In this document: piece by piece, positions 40,906 to 55,483 of the stretch
How positions within the stretch are numbered: position 1 is the first letter of the stretch
How the letters are laid out: each line of letters starts with the position of its first letter
Assembly: GCF_036588685.1 (NCBI RefSeq)
Contig: NC_086378.1
Span: 91,140,001-91,204,000, forward strand
Direction: 5' to 3'
DNA from: Mytilus trossulus
Lineage: Eukaryota
DNA length: 64,000 nucleotides
Translations under genes and position numbers: made by a program
The notes under the pieces: model-generated
Seen by the model: the letters and a program-made list of their open reading frames with translations, nothing else
Database searches by the model: none
Told to the model about the DNA's origin: nothing

Positions 40906-41465
40906 CGAAAATTTGCATACAGGCTATTTTTTACCTGATTAAATCAAATATGTAATAAAAAAATATACCTCCATGTGCTACTTTTTGAGTAAAATGAGGT
41001 CGAAATTTTGTATATTTGCTCAAAATTCAGATTTGTGGCCGTAATTTCTTTTTTCGAAAGAAAGACATAACTTTTTTGTTTTAAAAGATAAACACAAATT
41101 GTTTTCTGTTAAATAATCGGTAATTTCTGTTTTTCATAAGTATCCTAAAAAATGATGCAATTTTTATTCACAAATAACTTATATTTTTCAAATGTTCATG
41201 AATTGAGGAAAATACGTCATTTTTTGCTGCATGTTTATCAAAGTAAAAAAAAAATCCTCTATTTACAGTTTTATAAAATTTGGGTCACATAATTTCCCTG
41301 CAAAATGAAACAAATTGCTGTTTTGAAAAATAGGGGTTCATGAACTCGTTTTCAAATTAAATCAGTTTCAATGATAAAAATCAGTCGAAAAATGCATCTT
41401 TTCCCGATATGTCACAGTTTGACGTTGCGAAAATAACATTTTACGTTAGTAACGTCATTACCTCA
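40905..41465. mobile_element. Probable non-autonomous DNA element fragment that truncates the LINE
   Basis: Abrupt change in sequence character at the LINE break; family not determined. Confidence 0.35.
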
Positions 41466-42139
41466 CACGAGTGGAACCGGCTGATTTTAAGATGGCGACA
41501 GAAGTTCAAATTTATACTTTTTGCTTTCTTAGATGCGGAACCAACAAAAAATATTAGTAATTAAGGACATATTTTTTTTTACATGCAATCATTTTATTTT
41601 CGAGGCCTTATTCATCATAAAAACGTTTCTCCAAGATAATTTTATAAATTTGAAAATAAAATATGGCATGGCAATTTATTATCGTCATAGAGGACCATTG
41701 CTGTATCACATAATTTATGGTCTGAATGAAAAAAAAACAAATCAATATTCACTTTTCAAATTCCGACAATATATCTTAAATTGTGTTCCCGCCTTACTTT
41801 TAATTAGCGGCTGATTGCTTGTTGGTGTGTTAAGACCGGCGAGGGCGGCGTATTCCTATGTACGCCGGCGGCTGATTTTACAGCAAATGAAGCGACTGTG
41901 CCTATACCGGAAGCATCGACCGAGCCTGTGGCAGATGCAGTACTATCATATAGAGAGTTCTCTGGTTTTCCCCAATAGATTTTTTATGTTAAAATGAGGT
42001 GCACAGTGACTGCCAACCTGTACCAACTTGTGACACTTAGCTTGTAAAAATAGCTGTGTCTTTTATATTTAGTTTTAATGTTAAAACTTTTATGAAGGAG
42101 ACACTTATAAAATAAATGACATAAATCAGCGCCAACTGT

Positions 42140-43040
42140 TCATAGATTTAATTCAGATAAAATTTGCTTTTGATATCAAATCTTAATTGGGCAACATACT
42201 ATGACTGCTTCGTGTATATAATATGTACATTCCTGTAATTAAATTTTATGCATGTCTAACTTTCCATTCAGGAATTTTCTTTCAACATTTGGAATAACTT
42301 CTATTTGAATACATCAACATTTTTAACAATGATCCTTTAAGGGAACACAGCTAGCTGAGTTGGCTCCAACGCGACAGAGATCTACACAAAGAAACACAAG
42401 ATTGCAATAATAACAAGTCTTTCACATCTTGGAATGTATTCCAATTTACCTGAAGAGTTAACCCTGCGTTCATGAAGACTAATTTCAATTCTTTTTTTAT
42501 TTATGATTACTAGTACTCAATCTCAATTTTGTGAGAATTTCCAATCAGTATGTGCAAGGAATAAAAAAAATTCTCTAACAAAGGAGAATTTGAATTTAAA
42601 ATATGTTCTAAACTTGCCTTTATCATGTAAATCATAAGACCTTATTTCCTTCCACGTCTATAAGAAGCTGTTTTTAGACAGATATTAAGTGATTTCTTAA
42701 ATTTATGTTTGCTCCAGTTTTTACAAGTGTTCACATCAATGTTTATTTGTTTGTGAACCAAGAGTTTTGATCTTTGTTAATGCTATGCAAATGAATGTAT
42801 TCCTTAAATGCCTTGTTAAGCAAGCTTGATGGTGAAATCTCTAGTCTGCCAATTGATACATGAAAATCTGTTTTAACATATGTAAAGAGTCTGTCTTCCA
42901 AGTTCTGTTACAACGCTTATGTTAGTACATAATGAAGAGACCCCAAGTATGTATTTGTAAAACGTGAAGTGGCGCTTTTCCGTCTCCAAGTCTTTGAATA
43001 TATATACCAAAGAGTTAACGATTTTCTCTTTGGATTAATA
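42140..43040 (-). pseudogene. Possible degenerate LINE ORF2 fragment
   Basis: YLG-like RT motif near 42945 and coding-like composition; heavily disrupted. Confidence 0.35.
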
Positions 43041-43534
43041 TCAATTATTTCCCAGTTGTCACGACCGTATGTATAGTATTTTATCAACCAGATTTATCTC
43101 CCTTTTGACATCAGAATGAAAATACACTCGACATAGATACCAGTATTTACGGCAGACGCGCGTTTCGTCTACAAAAGACTCATCAGTAACGCTCGAATCC
43201 CAAAAGAATAAAAAGGCGAAAAGAAGTAATAGAATTTTCAATATTTTGTCGATAATTTGAAGCTTGGATACCGTATCAAAAAGAACACACAAGAATGTGT
43301 GAATCAATGTTCTAAACAGGAGAAGAATGACATCTATATACAGAGGCGGATTTTGGGAGGAAATTTTGTCGCTTATATAGGGAATAACTAAAGCGTGACT
43401 GAAACGGGCCCCAGGCAGTCAGTTGGCCTCCACTTATGAAAATTTCTGGACCCGCCACTGATATACGTTATCTTTTAACTGTTTTTTTAGGTAATATTTC
43501 TACAACGTGTTTATTGAGATGTTACCCTCAGGCC

Positions 43535-44335
43535 TTTGTGCCCATAATCTTTGTACAACGTTTGTTGAGCTGTTACCCTATGCGTCCGTAATCTTTGTAC
43601 AATGTTTGTTGAGCTGTTACCCTATGCGTCCGTAATCTTTGTTCAACGTTTGTTGAGCTGTTATCCTATGCGTCCGTAATCTTTGTACAACGTTTGTTGA
43701 GCTGTTACACTATGCGTCCGTAATCTTTGTACACCGTTTGTTGAGCTGATATCCTGTGTGTCCGTTTTCTTTGTACAACGTTTGTTGAGCTGTTTCACTA
43801 TGCGTCCGTAATCTTTGTACAACGTTTTTTGAGCTGTTACACTATGCGTCCCTAATCTTTGTACAACGTTTGTTGAGCTGTTACACTGTGTGCCCGTAAT
43901 CTTTGTACAACGTTTGTTGAGCTGATATCCTGTGTGTCCGTAATCTTTGTACAACGTTTGTTGAGCTGTTACCCTGTGTGCCCGTAATCTTTGTACAACG
44001 TTTGTTGAGCTGTTACCCTGTGTGCCCGTAATCTTTGTACAACGTTTGTTGAGCTGATATCCTGTGTGTCCGTAATCTTTGTACAACGTTTGTTGAGCTG
44101 TTACCCTGTGTGCCCGTAATCTTTGTACAACGTTTGTTGAGCTGTTACCCTATGCGTCCGTTTTCTTTGTATAACTTTTGTTGAGCTGTTACCCTGTGTT
44201 CCAGTAATCTCTGTACAACGTTTGTTGAGCTGTTACCCTATGCGTCCGGTTTTTTTTGTACAACGTTTGTTGAATTTTACCCTATGCGACCGTTTTCTTT
44301 GTACAACATGTTTGTTGAGCTGTTACCCTGTGTGT
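43535..44335. repeat. 44-bp minisatellite, ~18 copies
   Basis: Unit GTAATCTTTGTACAACGTTTGTTGAGCTGTTACCCTATGCGTCC. Confidence 0.95.
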
Positions 44336-46074
44336 CATATCTTTTATACTGGTTTTATAAGAAGAGCTTCAGATTTTAATTGAGCGTTCCAATTTTGGTT
44401 TATTTTTTCTTTAGTTTCTTCTTATCAGTCGTCTCTTTTTGGAATAACACATTATATAATGCGGGAATGAACAAGGCTGATCAAGCCTTGAAGTGTTCTC
44501 GCAGAAATAAGGAGCGACAACTTTTATTCCTTGAGGGTGAAACAAAAAGGAAGAGGACGATGAAGGAAACAGATATTCTGGACTGCGTGGCCAACATGTA
44601 ACTAAGAAAAAATAACTTTGCGAAATACAGGATACAATGTACAGTATGTCCCAAAAATGATGAAAATAATTAAACTGTGTACAGACAAATAATCGCGAAA
44701 TAAGTAACCCGCTCTTGCAACAGGTAACACCATGAATGTTTCGTCCGCAAACAAACCCTCCTGTCCCCCTTTTCCCAGAAAATCAAACTTATCGTCATCT
44801 ACGTGTAAAGATTTCGGCAAATGTATGAATACATGCACTATGATTAACTATGTACGTCTCTGGAGTCTCCAAAGTGCATAGTTTATAAATACTATATATA
44901 TAGTATATGTACTTTTATTAGAAATATACACAAAATCATTAAAGCGAAATAAATTATATCCTGATTTTAACATCATTCAATGTAGGTGAATCCCCTTAAT
45001 CTTATCAATGAATAATATTTTGTATACGAGACATATTGATCTACGTCATGAATTATCTTTATAGATCTATCTATATCATAAGTAATCATAAGTACTAAAG
45101 TGTTCCGAATGAACCTGATGCTGATGTGGATTGATACTTCGTATTGACCAACTGATTCACTGATTATCATAGACAATTCACCATGTACACACTAAGAAAT
45201 TAACTGTGTTTGTATTGTATAGTTTGACAGAAATACGTCACATCCAGCAGTACGCAACAAGCTGATTGCCATGGTTACAGGAAATAAAAAGTTTCCACTA
45301 CCCGGTTGTTTTAGATAACATATAACACTGAGAAGTTTACATTACTCACTTTCTTTACGTAAAATATAATTAACAGTAAATGAACATGTTTTTCAGTTTC
45401 AATTCATATATAACACACACGAAAACAAGAAAGATAAAGAAAAAAAATATCTGCCTCTTATGGTAAAGAGAACTTTGGAAAATAGCTGAAGCCCTGCTCA
45501 CGATGATGCAATTATATCGTGATGATACTGAATTGAAATATCCCGATTAATCATGTAATTTTATTGCTTACTTCTGATTTCGTTTACATAACCTGTGAAC
45601 AAAAACAAAAGGATCAGAATGGTAAATAATGATGAAATCAGCATACTACATAGGGGCGGATCCAGCCATTTTAAAAAGGGGGTCCTAACCCAGGACAAAA
45701 TGGGCGGATGTCAAACTACACGTCCCCATTCAAATGCATTGATCGTCAAAAAAAGGGGGGTTCCAATCCCCGGACCCCCTCCCCTGGATCCACCAATGCT
45801 ACAGTATGATACAATGTATAGTCGAGATTTTTTATTCATCAATTTGGGAATCAAAATATTTTTTTGAGGAAAAATAGCATTTTCCATCTGAACTTATAAT
45901 TTTATTTTAGACATAAACAATACGTAAATGTAGCCTTGGACATTCGTTCTGAACATGCATGAAATATTTGCCACTGAACGTTAAACAACCAACAACCAAT
46001 CAATATATAGGACATTATAAAGCTGGCATTTAAGGTAGCGCCTTCCTCATATTACAATGTATAGTCGAGATTCA

Positions 46075-46630
46075 CAGAATATAAAACCCTGACGGGATAT
46101 GATCCGAGCCCCATACCCCTAGGAAGATACCGAATTAAATAAAATATAAAACCCTGACAGGGGGTATGATTCGATCCCAATACTGTTTTCACATAGGAAG
46201 ATACCGAATTAAATAAAATATAAAACCCTGACAGGGGGTATGATCCGATCCCAATACACATAGGAAGATACCGAATTAAATAAAATATAAAACCCTGACA
46301 GTGGATATGATCTGATCCCCATTTCCCAAGGAAGATACCGAATTAAATAAAATATAAAACCCTGACATGCAGGAGATATGATCCGATCCCTATATCCCTT
46401 ACGTTAGGAAGATAGCGTATAAAATAAAATATAAAACCCTGACGGGATATGATCCGATCCACATATCCTTAGGAAGATACCCAGTTAAATAAAAAATAAA
46501 AACCCTGACAGCGGATATGATCCGATCCCTATACCCCTAGGAAGATACCGAAGTAAATAAAATATAAAACACGACAGGGGATAATTGATTTGATCTCCAT
46601 TTCCCAAGGAAGAAACCGAATTATATAAAA
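46075..46630. repeat. ~63-70-bp minisatellite, ~8 copies
   Basis: AGGAAGATACCGAATTAAATAAAATATAAAACCCTGAC core. Confidence 0.9.
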
Positions 46631-49563
46631 TGTCATCAAATTTATTTAATTTTGGGAAAAATTTGGCAGATTATAAAGGGAATCACTGAACCATGACTGA
46701 AGTGGCCCCCCTCAGTCTTGTGAAAATTTCTGGATCCGCCACTGTAGTATACCTGTATATATCATGTATGTATATATTCATTAACTATTGATGTGTTTGA
46801 TTTGCCATTACATAGGACCTTATAATTGGCGTAAAACATATATATAGTGTATGTAAAAAAGCTGCATGTACCAAGGACATTAACTCAATATTTGGCTTTA
46901 GGGCCACACGAATAAGACATCTTGTGATGGTTTTGGATTATCCAAATCATCATCTAATCACCAGATCGTCTACAATTTATTGTATATTTAGACCTATGTT
47001 TTATCTAATTTTGACTCATTGTTTGTTTATATTCGTAAATCATACATTAAACCAGACCAAACGAGAGGTTTCTGTTTCTATATTTGTCCAGAAAATTCTA
47101 TTTAAAGTAACACACAATACAAAAATTAAATTAAACTTGAGATTTGACGTCAGAAGCATCCTTGACACTACTACGTCACATTGTATGTGACATTTACCTT
47201 GCTACGTAATTCAGTCACAAGACTTTGAATCGGCGTATTAGATTACCCCCTCTGTGGTATTGATAATGATGCTCTATACGAGTAGTCCATATATATATAA
47301 CTAAATATAAAATACACTAACAAACACGGGAAACACATAACAATTCACAATCACAGTAATGTTGACAAGGTCGGGGGGGGGGGGGGGGGGGGGGTACTTC
47401 AATACTTTATTGATAGGGTGTGTCGCTACCTATTAGGAATCTACGAGCTGAAACCTTTAACGATGAGCAAAACTCATCAATTCTGCATATTAGGCAATAA
47501 ATTTGCTCGCTATCACAAAACTAGAAATAATTCAGGGGGGGGGAATTAGCTGAAAGCTAAATAACAAAAAACACATGAATATAATACGCCACACAGCAAC
47601 AAACGACAACCACTTAATATACAGGCTCAGCAAATACTGTGGTAGGGTTCCTTAAACCTGTTTGTAACCCAAAAAAAATCCTTACAAGACTAACTACAAA
47701 AACGAGTTACTGATGACAAAAGCTCAAGTTGACTTAAAAGATCGACTCTAAGCACGAATTTAAAAAACAAAATACCACCAAACACATAGCTAACAAATAG
47801 ACAGCAAGGTACCGATCTACGAGTTTACACCATAAAGGAAAGCTAGTTAAAACTGAACCAATTCTAACTAATAAGTATGACCATGTTTTACCAAAAAGTG
47901 TAATAGTGTTAGTGTTAGGTTTAGGGTTAGGTTTAGGGTTCAATGAGCTTTGAAGGAAAGAACCATGCACCACTGATGTGTTTACCATTTATGCTCACCA
48001 TCTTTATTTTAGAAATATTTTTGTTGGTTGATTGAATTGCTAGCCAAGGTCAAGGATGATTAATATGGTCAGTTCGTTTGCACATTAGAACGTCTTTCTG
48101 TCTTTTCCCTAAAGCTACGCTATATTTAAAATTGTATCTACTAGAAGTTATTTTCATTGTTCATTGGTTTTTTTTTCTCATTTTAAACATTGTAAACGTT
48201 TACGTCATAGTACAGTCAAGTAAATTATTGTACATTATATTCTGAAACCGCAGGAACCACAATCAAGTTAAATTAACCCTCTGGGTATACGTCGCTCCTT
48301 ACTCGTGCATCATTTGGTAAACACGGATGATATTAGAAACCATTAAGTTTATATGTATGAATAAAATGAGATGCGATGTGTATGTGTATGTCAATGAGAT
48401 GTGAGGTGTATGTCAATGAGATAGAAACCCAACGACACCCAAACAACAAACAAAAAAACTGACATCTATAGAAGAATCATACAGTGGCGGATCCAGAAAT
48501 TTTCATAAGTGGGGTTCCACTGACGGCCCTAAGAGGGGGCCCGCTCCAGTCACGCTTCAGTGATTCCCTATATAAGCAACCATTTTTTTCTCAAAAAGGG
48601 CGGGACCCCTGCCCCCCCCCCCCCCCTAAATCCGATTCTGCCATAGTTTCAGTACATATGGCAAAGTAAAAACGCTTTAACTTAGGTCATTACTGTTATG
48701 GCCCATGCAATTCTGGTATATTAAAATAAAACTTAGCCATGATAGCAGAAACACAGAAAAATAAGGACAAATATTAGTCCACCGACATTCAAATCAGTGA
48801 ATTGGAAGTAAGCAGCAATTATGTATGTCAACCGTACGACAAAAACGTTCTTTAAAAAATTAAGTTTGATTATTTCATTTATCATATTTTTCAGCAGCTT
48901 GTATAAAAAAAGTGGTTTTTTTTTTAACATCGTCGTGTTTTTTAAATGTTCCTTTTCTCTGCTTAAAATGAAATTTGAATTAATTTAGCTCCGTTCTAGA
49001 CCCCAGCGCGTCATTGGGATTTCCCATCCATTATTATCGATCAATACACACATACCGGTGGTTAACCATACGTGTGTTTTCTATCTAAAGTGCACCTTTA
49101 ACAGTGTATTTTCTAGTTATTAGTTGAACATATAGGACGATTTAAATATAGGTTACTCATCTATGATCATCTATAGCTACAACTGTGCTACAACCGTCCA
49201 CCAAAAAAGTGGGCATCCTGTTTTGACTTTTTATACTGAAAATACACTAATAAAATAAATATCTGAACTATATTTAATACTTTTTAATAAGAAAATAATT
49301 GGATTACATTTAATTTATAACCAATTAATTTTTAGAGAACGACCATTCGCAAACTTAAAAAAGGGGGGAGGGGTTATGTTTTTTTCCTTAAAAGTTTCTA
49401 ATTTCCAAATTGATGAAAACCAATATTCTGTTTTAGAATAGGACACCATAAATATTCTGAATGCATATACCGTATACATGTAGTGTTACATTTGAAATAA
49501 ATTGATCAATAACTTTGAAAATAAATTGAATCACCTTTGCGCATTTTTTTTTCTGACTTTAAC

Positions 49564-49944
49564 CACAGGTGCTTGAGGACAGGATCCTGTATGAGCCCCA
49601 TATAGTCCCTCCCCCCCCCCCTTTTTTTATATTCATAAATCTCAGATTTTTCTATATATATCACTTATTTGTACCATATATATACTAATATACCATATTT
49701 ATACTCTAAATATGCATGTTTACTATCAACGTGAATCTCGACTATAGCGCTCTCGACTATAGAGCGCTATAGTCGAGATTCACGTTGATAGTAAACATGC
49801 ATATTTAGAGTATAAATATGGTTTATTAGTATATATATGGTACAAATAAGTGATATATATCGAAAAATCTGAGATTGATGAATAAAAAAAAGGGGGGAGG
49901 GACTATATGGGGCTCATACAGGATCCTGTCCTCAAGCACCTGTG
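49564..49944. mobile_element. 381-bp foldback MITE with 8-bp TSD (hAT-like)
   Basis: Arms 49564-49753 and 49761-49944 are near-perfect inverted copies; ACTTTAAC on both sides; CA...TG termini. Confidence 0.92.
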
Positions 49945-51868
49945 ACTTTAACAAAAAACACCTAACTCCCTTGAGGTTAAATGTTTGCTCCCTTAGTTAA
50001 TGTATGAAGTTTTTATCGTACTCGCTAAGTGATCAAACAGATTTTTTTAAAGGATAATTGAACATAAGGAGATATTGTGATATATTATGAGATTTAAGCA
50101 GACTCAATTAGTCTTTAAGTCAAAAGACACCAATACACTGCTGGTCACAGTCACCATCATACTGCATTCAACAATGATCAAATCACACACAGGTTTATAT
50201 TATCACGGACTGACTATGCATGGATAGTGTCGGGACTGTTACTTTACAATACATGATGTCAGTAACGGAAATCAATGGTCGAATGAAACAAGGTATGCCG
50301 GGTGATAAGTGAGGAGACAAACCCTTGTCCGGTTAAAGTGTGCATCTCGTGTAATTTTTATTGATGTATCATTTCTAGTGTAATAGAAGGATTGTCTGTG
50401 GACAAAACAAAAGAAAAACATCGCTTCGTGAATTTTCAAATGAAAAGTTGAACATATCTTTCAACATTTTAACGAACACAGAATGGTACACGGCTCCACA
50501 TGTCCAATACTATGAGGTCCAATAATACCGGTATATGAAGCGGTGTAAGCACTCAACTGGCATACTTTGGAATTTTATAATTAAATTATTTAATAGAATA
50601 TGTTATTGGATAAAGCATTTATAATAGTGTAAGACAATGCGTATAAACATATTCATGACAAAACAATGTAAATAAAACAAATTAATTTATAACAACAAGT
50701 TTGAAATCGGATATGACCTGCATTATCAGAGTTGATTCGATATTATGCATTTATTTTTCAGAAGTTTCAGTACACGAGCCTTCTTTTTCGAGTGAATCCA
50801 AATTTAGTTGATATACATGATAGCTGCCTGCAAGAGCTTTTCTGTGATACCAAATCTTGATATTTTATGAATGCATCTATATATATATAGATATCTGAAT
50901 AAAAGAAATCGTCTATTGTTTCTAACTTTAGTGTCAGTTATATTAGCATACTATTTAAATGTTCATGATATGAAGTATAATATATAAAGCTCAAGTTAAC
51001 ATATTTATATCAAATACTTTTTTATTTAACAAATAATACCTGTATGACTATTTCAATAGTTTATTTTACAATGTTATGTAAAATACTGTATGTTGTATCA
51101 ATCATATATGTTATGTGTATATGCCCCCCTGGGGACCTAATTTGGAAAATAAAATTTATCTTAATTTATCTTATCTTATCTTATATCGCTGCATTTTTTA
51201 CCCGTCCCAAGTCAGGAGCCTCTGGCCTTTGATAGTCTTCTATGTCTTTTAATTTTATTTCATTCATATGTTTTTGAGTAATTATAAATGTGTTGTCCAT
51301 TTTCACTGACCTAGTACACATTTCAGTATTTTTTCGGTGTTTTTCTTTTAGTTCATGGAGTAGTCCAAACCCGCCTAGCAAATTTCGAGAGAAAAAATAT
51401 GTATGTCAATAGAACATGACCAATATTACATAATTTTGAATATAATCACATGCAACATATACCCAAACAGTTGTTTTAATAATATATTATATATGCATGA
51501 AAGTATATCAGATGTATGCAGCTAATAGTATAGCAGTTTCCGTTTCAAGGATACAATATGTGTAATATTAACAAATAGTGTCCCTTTTTTATTTTTTGTA
51601 TAAATTTACTCTTTATGATAATATGTGTTTACACTAATAATACGCAAATCATTAATCTGACTTATTATTGTTGTGACCCATTTTCTTTAATTCAACACAT
51701 CTACAATGTATACGTGACAGACCTTGGGATATTGGTGTATAATTTAAATGCGATGAATAAACAAATTCCTCCATTTAAATTGGTCATGTTTATAACGTAT
51801 ACATACATATAGTTAGCAATGGCAGTATGTTGATGTTAACTGTGTAATGTGATAAACCATTCAGGGGA

Positions 51869-52272
51869 GGGGTAGATGGGATGATTAGTTGGGCCGCTAT
51901 AAACCTTTCGGGGTAGATGGGATGATTAGTTGGGCCGCTATAAATCTTTCGGGGTAGATAGGATGGTTAGTTGGGCCGCTATAAACCTTTTGGGGTAGAT
52001 GGAATGATTAGTTGGGCAATTATAAACCTTTCGGGGTAGATGGGATGATTAGTTGGGTCGCTATAAACCTTTCGGGGTAGATAGGATGGTTAGTTGGGCC
52101 GCTATAAACCTTTCGGAGTAGATGGAATGATTAGTTGGGCCGCTATAAACCTTTCGGGGTAGATAGGATGGTTAGTTGGGCCGCTATAAACCTTTCGGGG
52201 TAGATGGAATTATTAGATGGGCCGCTATAAACCTTTCGGGATAGATAGGATGGTTAGTTGGTCAACTATAAA
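51869..52272. repeat. 41-bp minisatellite, ~10 copies
   Basis: Unit GGGGTAGATGGGATGATTAGTTGGGCCGCTATAAACCTTTC. Confidence 0.95.
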
Positions 52273-53511
52273 AGACGGTACCAAAAAAGGGACGAAAGAT
52301 ACCAAAGGGACAGTCAAACTCATAAATCTAAAACAAACTGACAACGCCATGGCTAAAAATGAAAAAGACAAACAGAAAAACAATAGTACACATTACACAA
52401 CATAGAAAATTAAGAATAAACAACACGAACCCCACCAAAAACTAGGGGTGATCTCAGGTACTCCGGAAGGGTAGGCAGATACTGCTCCACATGCGGCACC
52501 CGTCGTGTTGCTTATGTGATTAAAAATCCGGTAAATAGTCTAATTCGGTAGGTCAAATTCATGAAAGGGAAGGGGATTGTAGTTACGACGTAAGGAACAT
52601 ATCCGATCAAAATCAAATCTATAACTACTGATGGGTGTAGGAGGTCCATCAGAATTTTTAGCGATGATTTCTTTGCATGTGACTGAAATATAGAGCATGT
52701 GTTTCATGGCAGTATGTTGATCATGTAAGCTGTGTAAATTTTTAACTTGACCCTTTTGGGTAGATGGGATGATTTTGGAAGGTTTTGATCATATAGATGT
52801 TAGAACGAATCAAGTAGTGGACTGATCAGTGTGGTGCACCAGCTGGTGGCTTGTACTGTCTACTGGTAAATTTCTCTAACTTCGAAACGCATATCCTATA
52901 GTAAAATATAATTAAAGAATTCATTAACCCTGAAAATAAACTCATCATAGATACCAGGACTAAATTTTAGCATATATAGCTTTATAAACATATAGCGCAT
53001 TTTGGCAGCTCAGTTAAGGAGTATCACTAAGTATTATTAATGTTTATTGATCACTTTACGAACTGGGTATATTTGTTTATTTTTCATCAATGTGTCCGAT
53101 TGGGTAACCCTTTCTGTAATCAGTGACAAACAATTTACAGTTCTATACTTATTATATGATACTGTTTTACTTCTCACAAATAACTGAATCACTAACAATA
53201 CTCATATACGTTGTCCGTGTTTAGGGAGATATGTTTTGGGTTTCTGGTGAGATCTGGGAAACTGACTACAAATAACTTCTATACTATTAGGGAAGCTTAG
53301 TTCCTTTCAACAACTGTAAATATTGTTTGATGAGGTATACATACTGCAGTTATTATGATTGTGTTGTTATTTATGAGTGTATAGTCTTTGTATACTGATT
53401 TTTATTCTATTTTTTAATGCCCCTTAATGCGACAGTTTCTGTGTATTATATCAACAACTTTTTTTTAGACTTGTTATGATTAAGAGTGTGATAAATTGTC
53501 TTTTAATATAA

Positions 53512-54435
53512 GTCGAGTTGTGGATAACTTAGTTATATGTATAGTTGTATTATATTATACAATATAGAGCTGTGTATATCTTAGTTATATTCATTGTTGT
53601 ATTATATTATACAATATAGAGTTGTGGATATCTTAGTTATATGTATTGGTGTACTATATTATACAATATAGAGCTGTGGATATCTTAGTTATATGTATTG
53701 TTGTATTCTATTATACAATATAGAGCTGTGGATATCTTCGTTATATGTATTGTTGTAATATATAATACAATATAGAGCTGTGGATATCTTCGTTATATGT
53801 ATTGTTGTATTATATTATACAATATAGAGCTGTGGATAACTTAGTTATATGTATTGTATTCTATTATACAATATAGAGCTGTGGATATCTTAGTTATATG
53901 TATTGTTGTATTATATTATACAATATAGAACTACGGATATCTTAGTTATATGTATTGATGTATTATATTATACAATATAGAGCTGTGGATATCTTAGTTA
54001 TATGTATTGTTGTATTATATTATACAATATAGAACTACGGAGCTGTGTTATATGTATCTTAGTTATATGTATCGTTGTATTATATTATACAATATAGAGC
54101 TGTGGATATCTTAGTTATATGTATTGTTGTATTATATTATACAATATAGAGCTGTGGATATCTTATTTATATGTATTGTTGTATTATATTATACAATATA
54201 GAGCTGTGGATAACTTAGTTATATGTATTGTATTCTATTATACAATATAGAGCTGTGGATATTTTAGTTATATGTATTGTATTCTATTATACAATATAGA
54301 GCTGTGGATATTTTAGTTATTGTGTTGTATTCTATTATACAATATAGAGCTGTGGATATCTTAGTTATATGTATTGTTGTATTATATTATACAATATAGA
54401 GCTGTGGATATTTTAGTTATATGTATTGTTGTATA
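53512..54435. repeat. 52-bp minisatellite, ~18 copies
   Basis: Unit GAGCTGTGGATATCTTAGTTATATGTATTGTTGTATTATATTATACAATATA. Confidence 0.95.
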
Positions 54436-55483
54436 CAATGGTCTCAAATTGAGCTATGTTATATGTATATTTAGGTTTTAAGGTTGACCAAGCTTCATTA
54501 TCACAACAAATACCATTCAAATTCCATAGTCGAAGTACTTCCAACTTTGTATTTCATTTGTATGCATGTTTTCCGAGCTTGAAAGAGAGTGATCATGATC
54601 TCAAAGATTTCAGAAATTGTTATCTCGTAATCTCGTAAACCAACCCTTGTACATGTATGATCATTAGCCATACAAATATCAGACCGGTAACATTAAACAT
54701 GAACCAAAACCTTGACAATTTTAGATCTATACCAAATATGGAAATATGAAACTATGAAAACCTGTTAACCAAACCAAACCAATCTATCTACTCTAGTTGA
54801 GAAGAGCGTAATTCACGTTTGAGTGTGTGTATAGTTCACATATCATTTTCCAATACCAATTTGAGCTGAACATTTTTAGTTTGTGGACAAAACAAACACC
54901 AACAATGACAATTCAGGACAAAAGTAAACAATTCAAATTAAATCAATAATGTCTTCGTATATTGCTTTTGATAAGCTAGTTTTCAATTCAAACCAAAACC
55001 TTTCAGGTTTAACTTTGTAAAATATTTTAATCCTTGAAAACCTCTTTTCACCAGGTAGAAAATGTTAATAAACTCGATATAACTTTTAAATTATTTATAT
55101 TATAGATATACACTAAAGTCTTGTCCCATACTTTATACACATGCAGCGGGGACAAAACTTTTTTATCACTACAAAAGTTAGAAAAAATACAACTACTACA
55201 ATCTATGTTAAGTAAATATCTCTGTTCATGAAAAAGTTTGTATGAATCACATCCATAGAACTGAATTATTATGCAGCATTTCTCACTAGTCAAATTTGAT
55301 CTGACTGAGTTTATATTGTCACTTAGTCCAATATTTGTACAATGTTCATTAGTACATTTTCTGCAGTCATTTGTTACCCAGTCTTTCTTGTCTATTAATA
55401 ATCCATGAGAAATATGTGATGATGATGATGATGATGATAAAACACAACTGTGAACTAACAAAAGTCTAAAGTTTGAGCGTTCG

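Noticed and set aside
43661-44086. 141-aa ORF
   Set aside because: Translation of the 44-bp minisatellite
47908-47940. Telomere-like TTAGGG tract
   Set aside because: Only a few degenerate units; insufficient for a telomere or fusion claim
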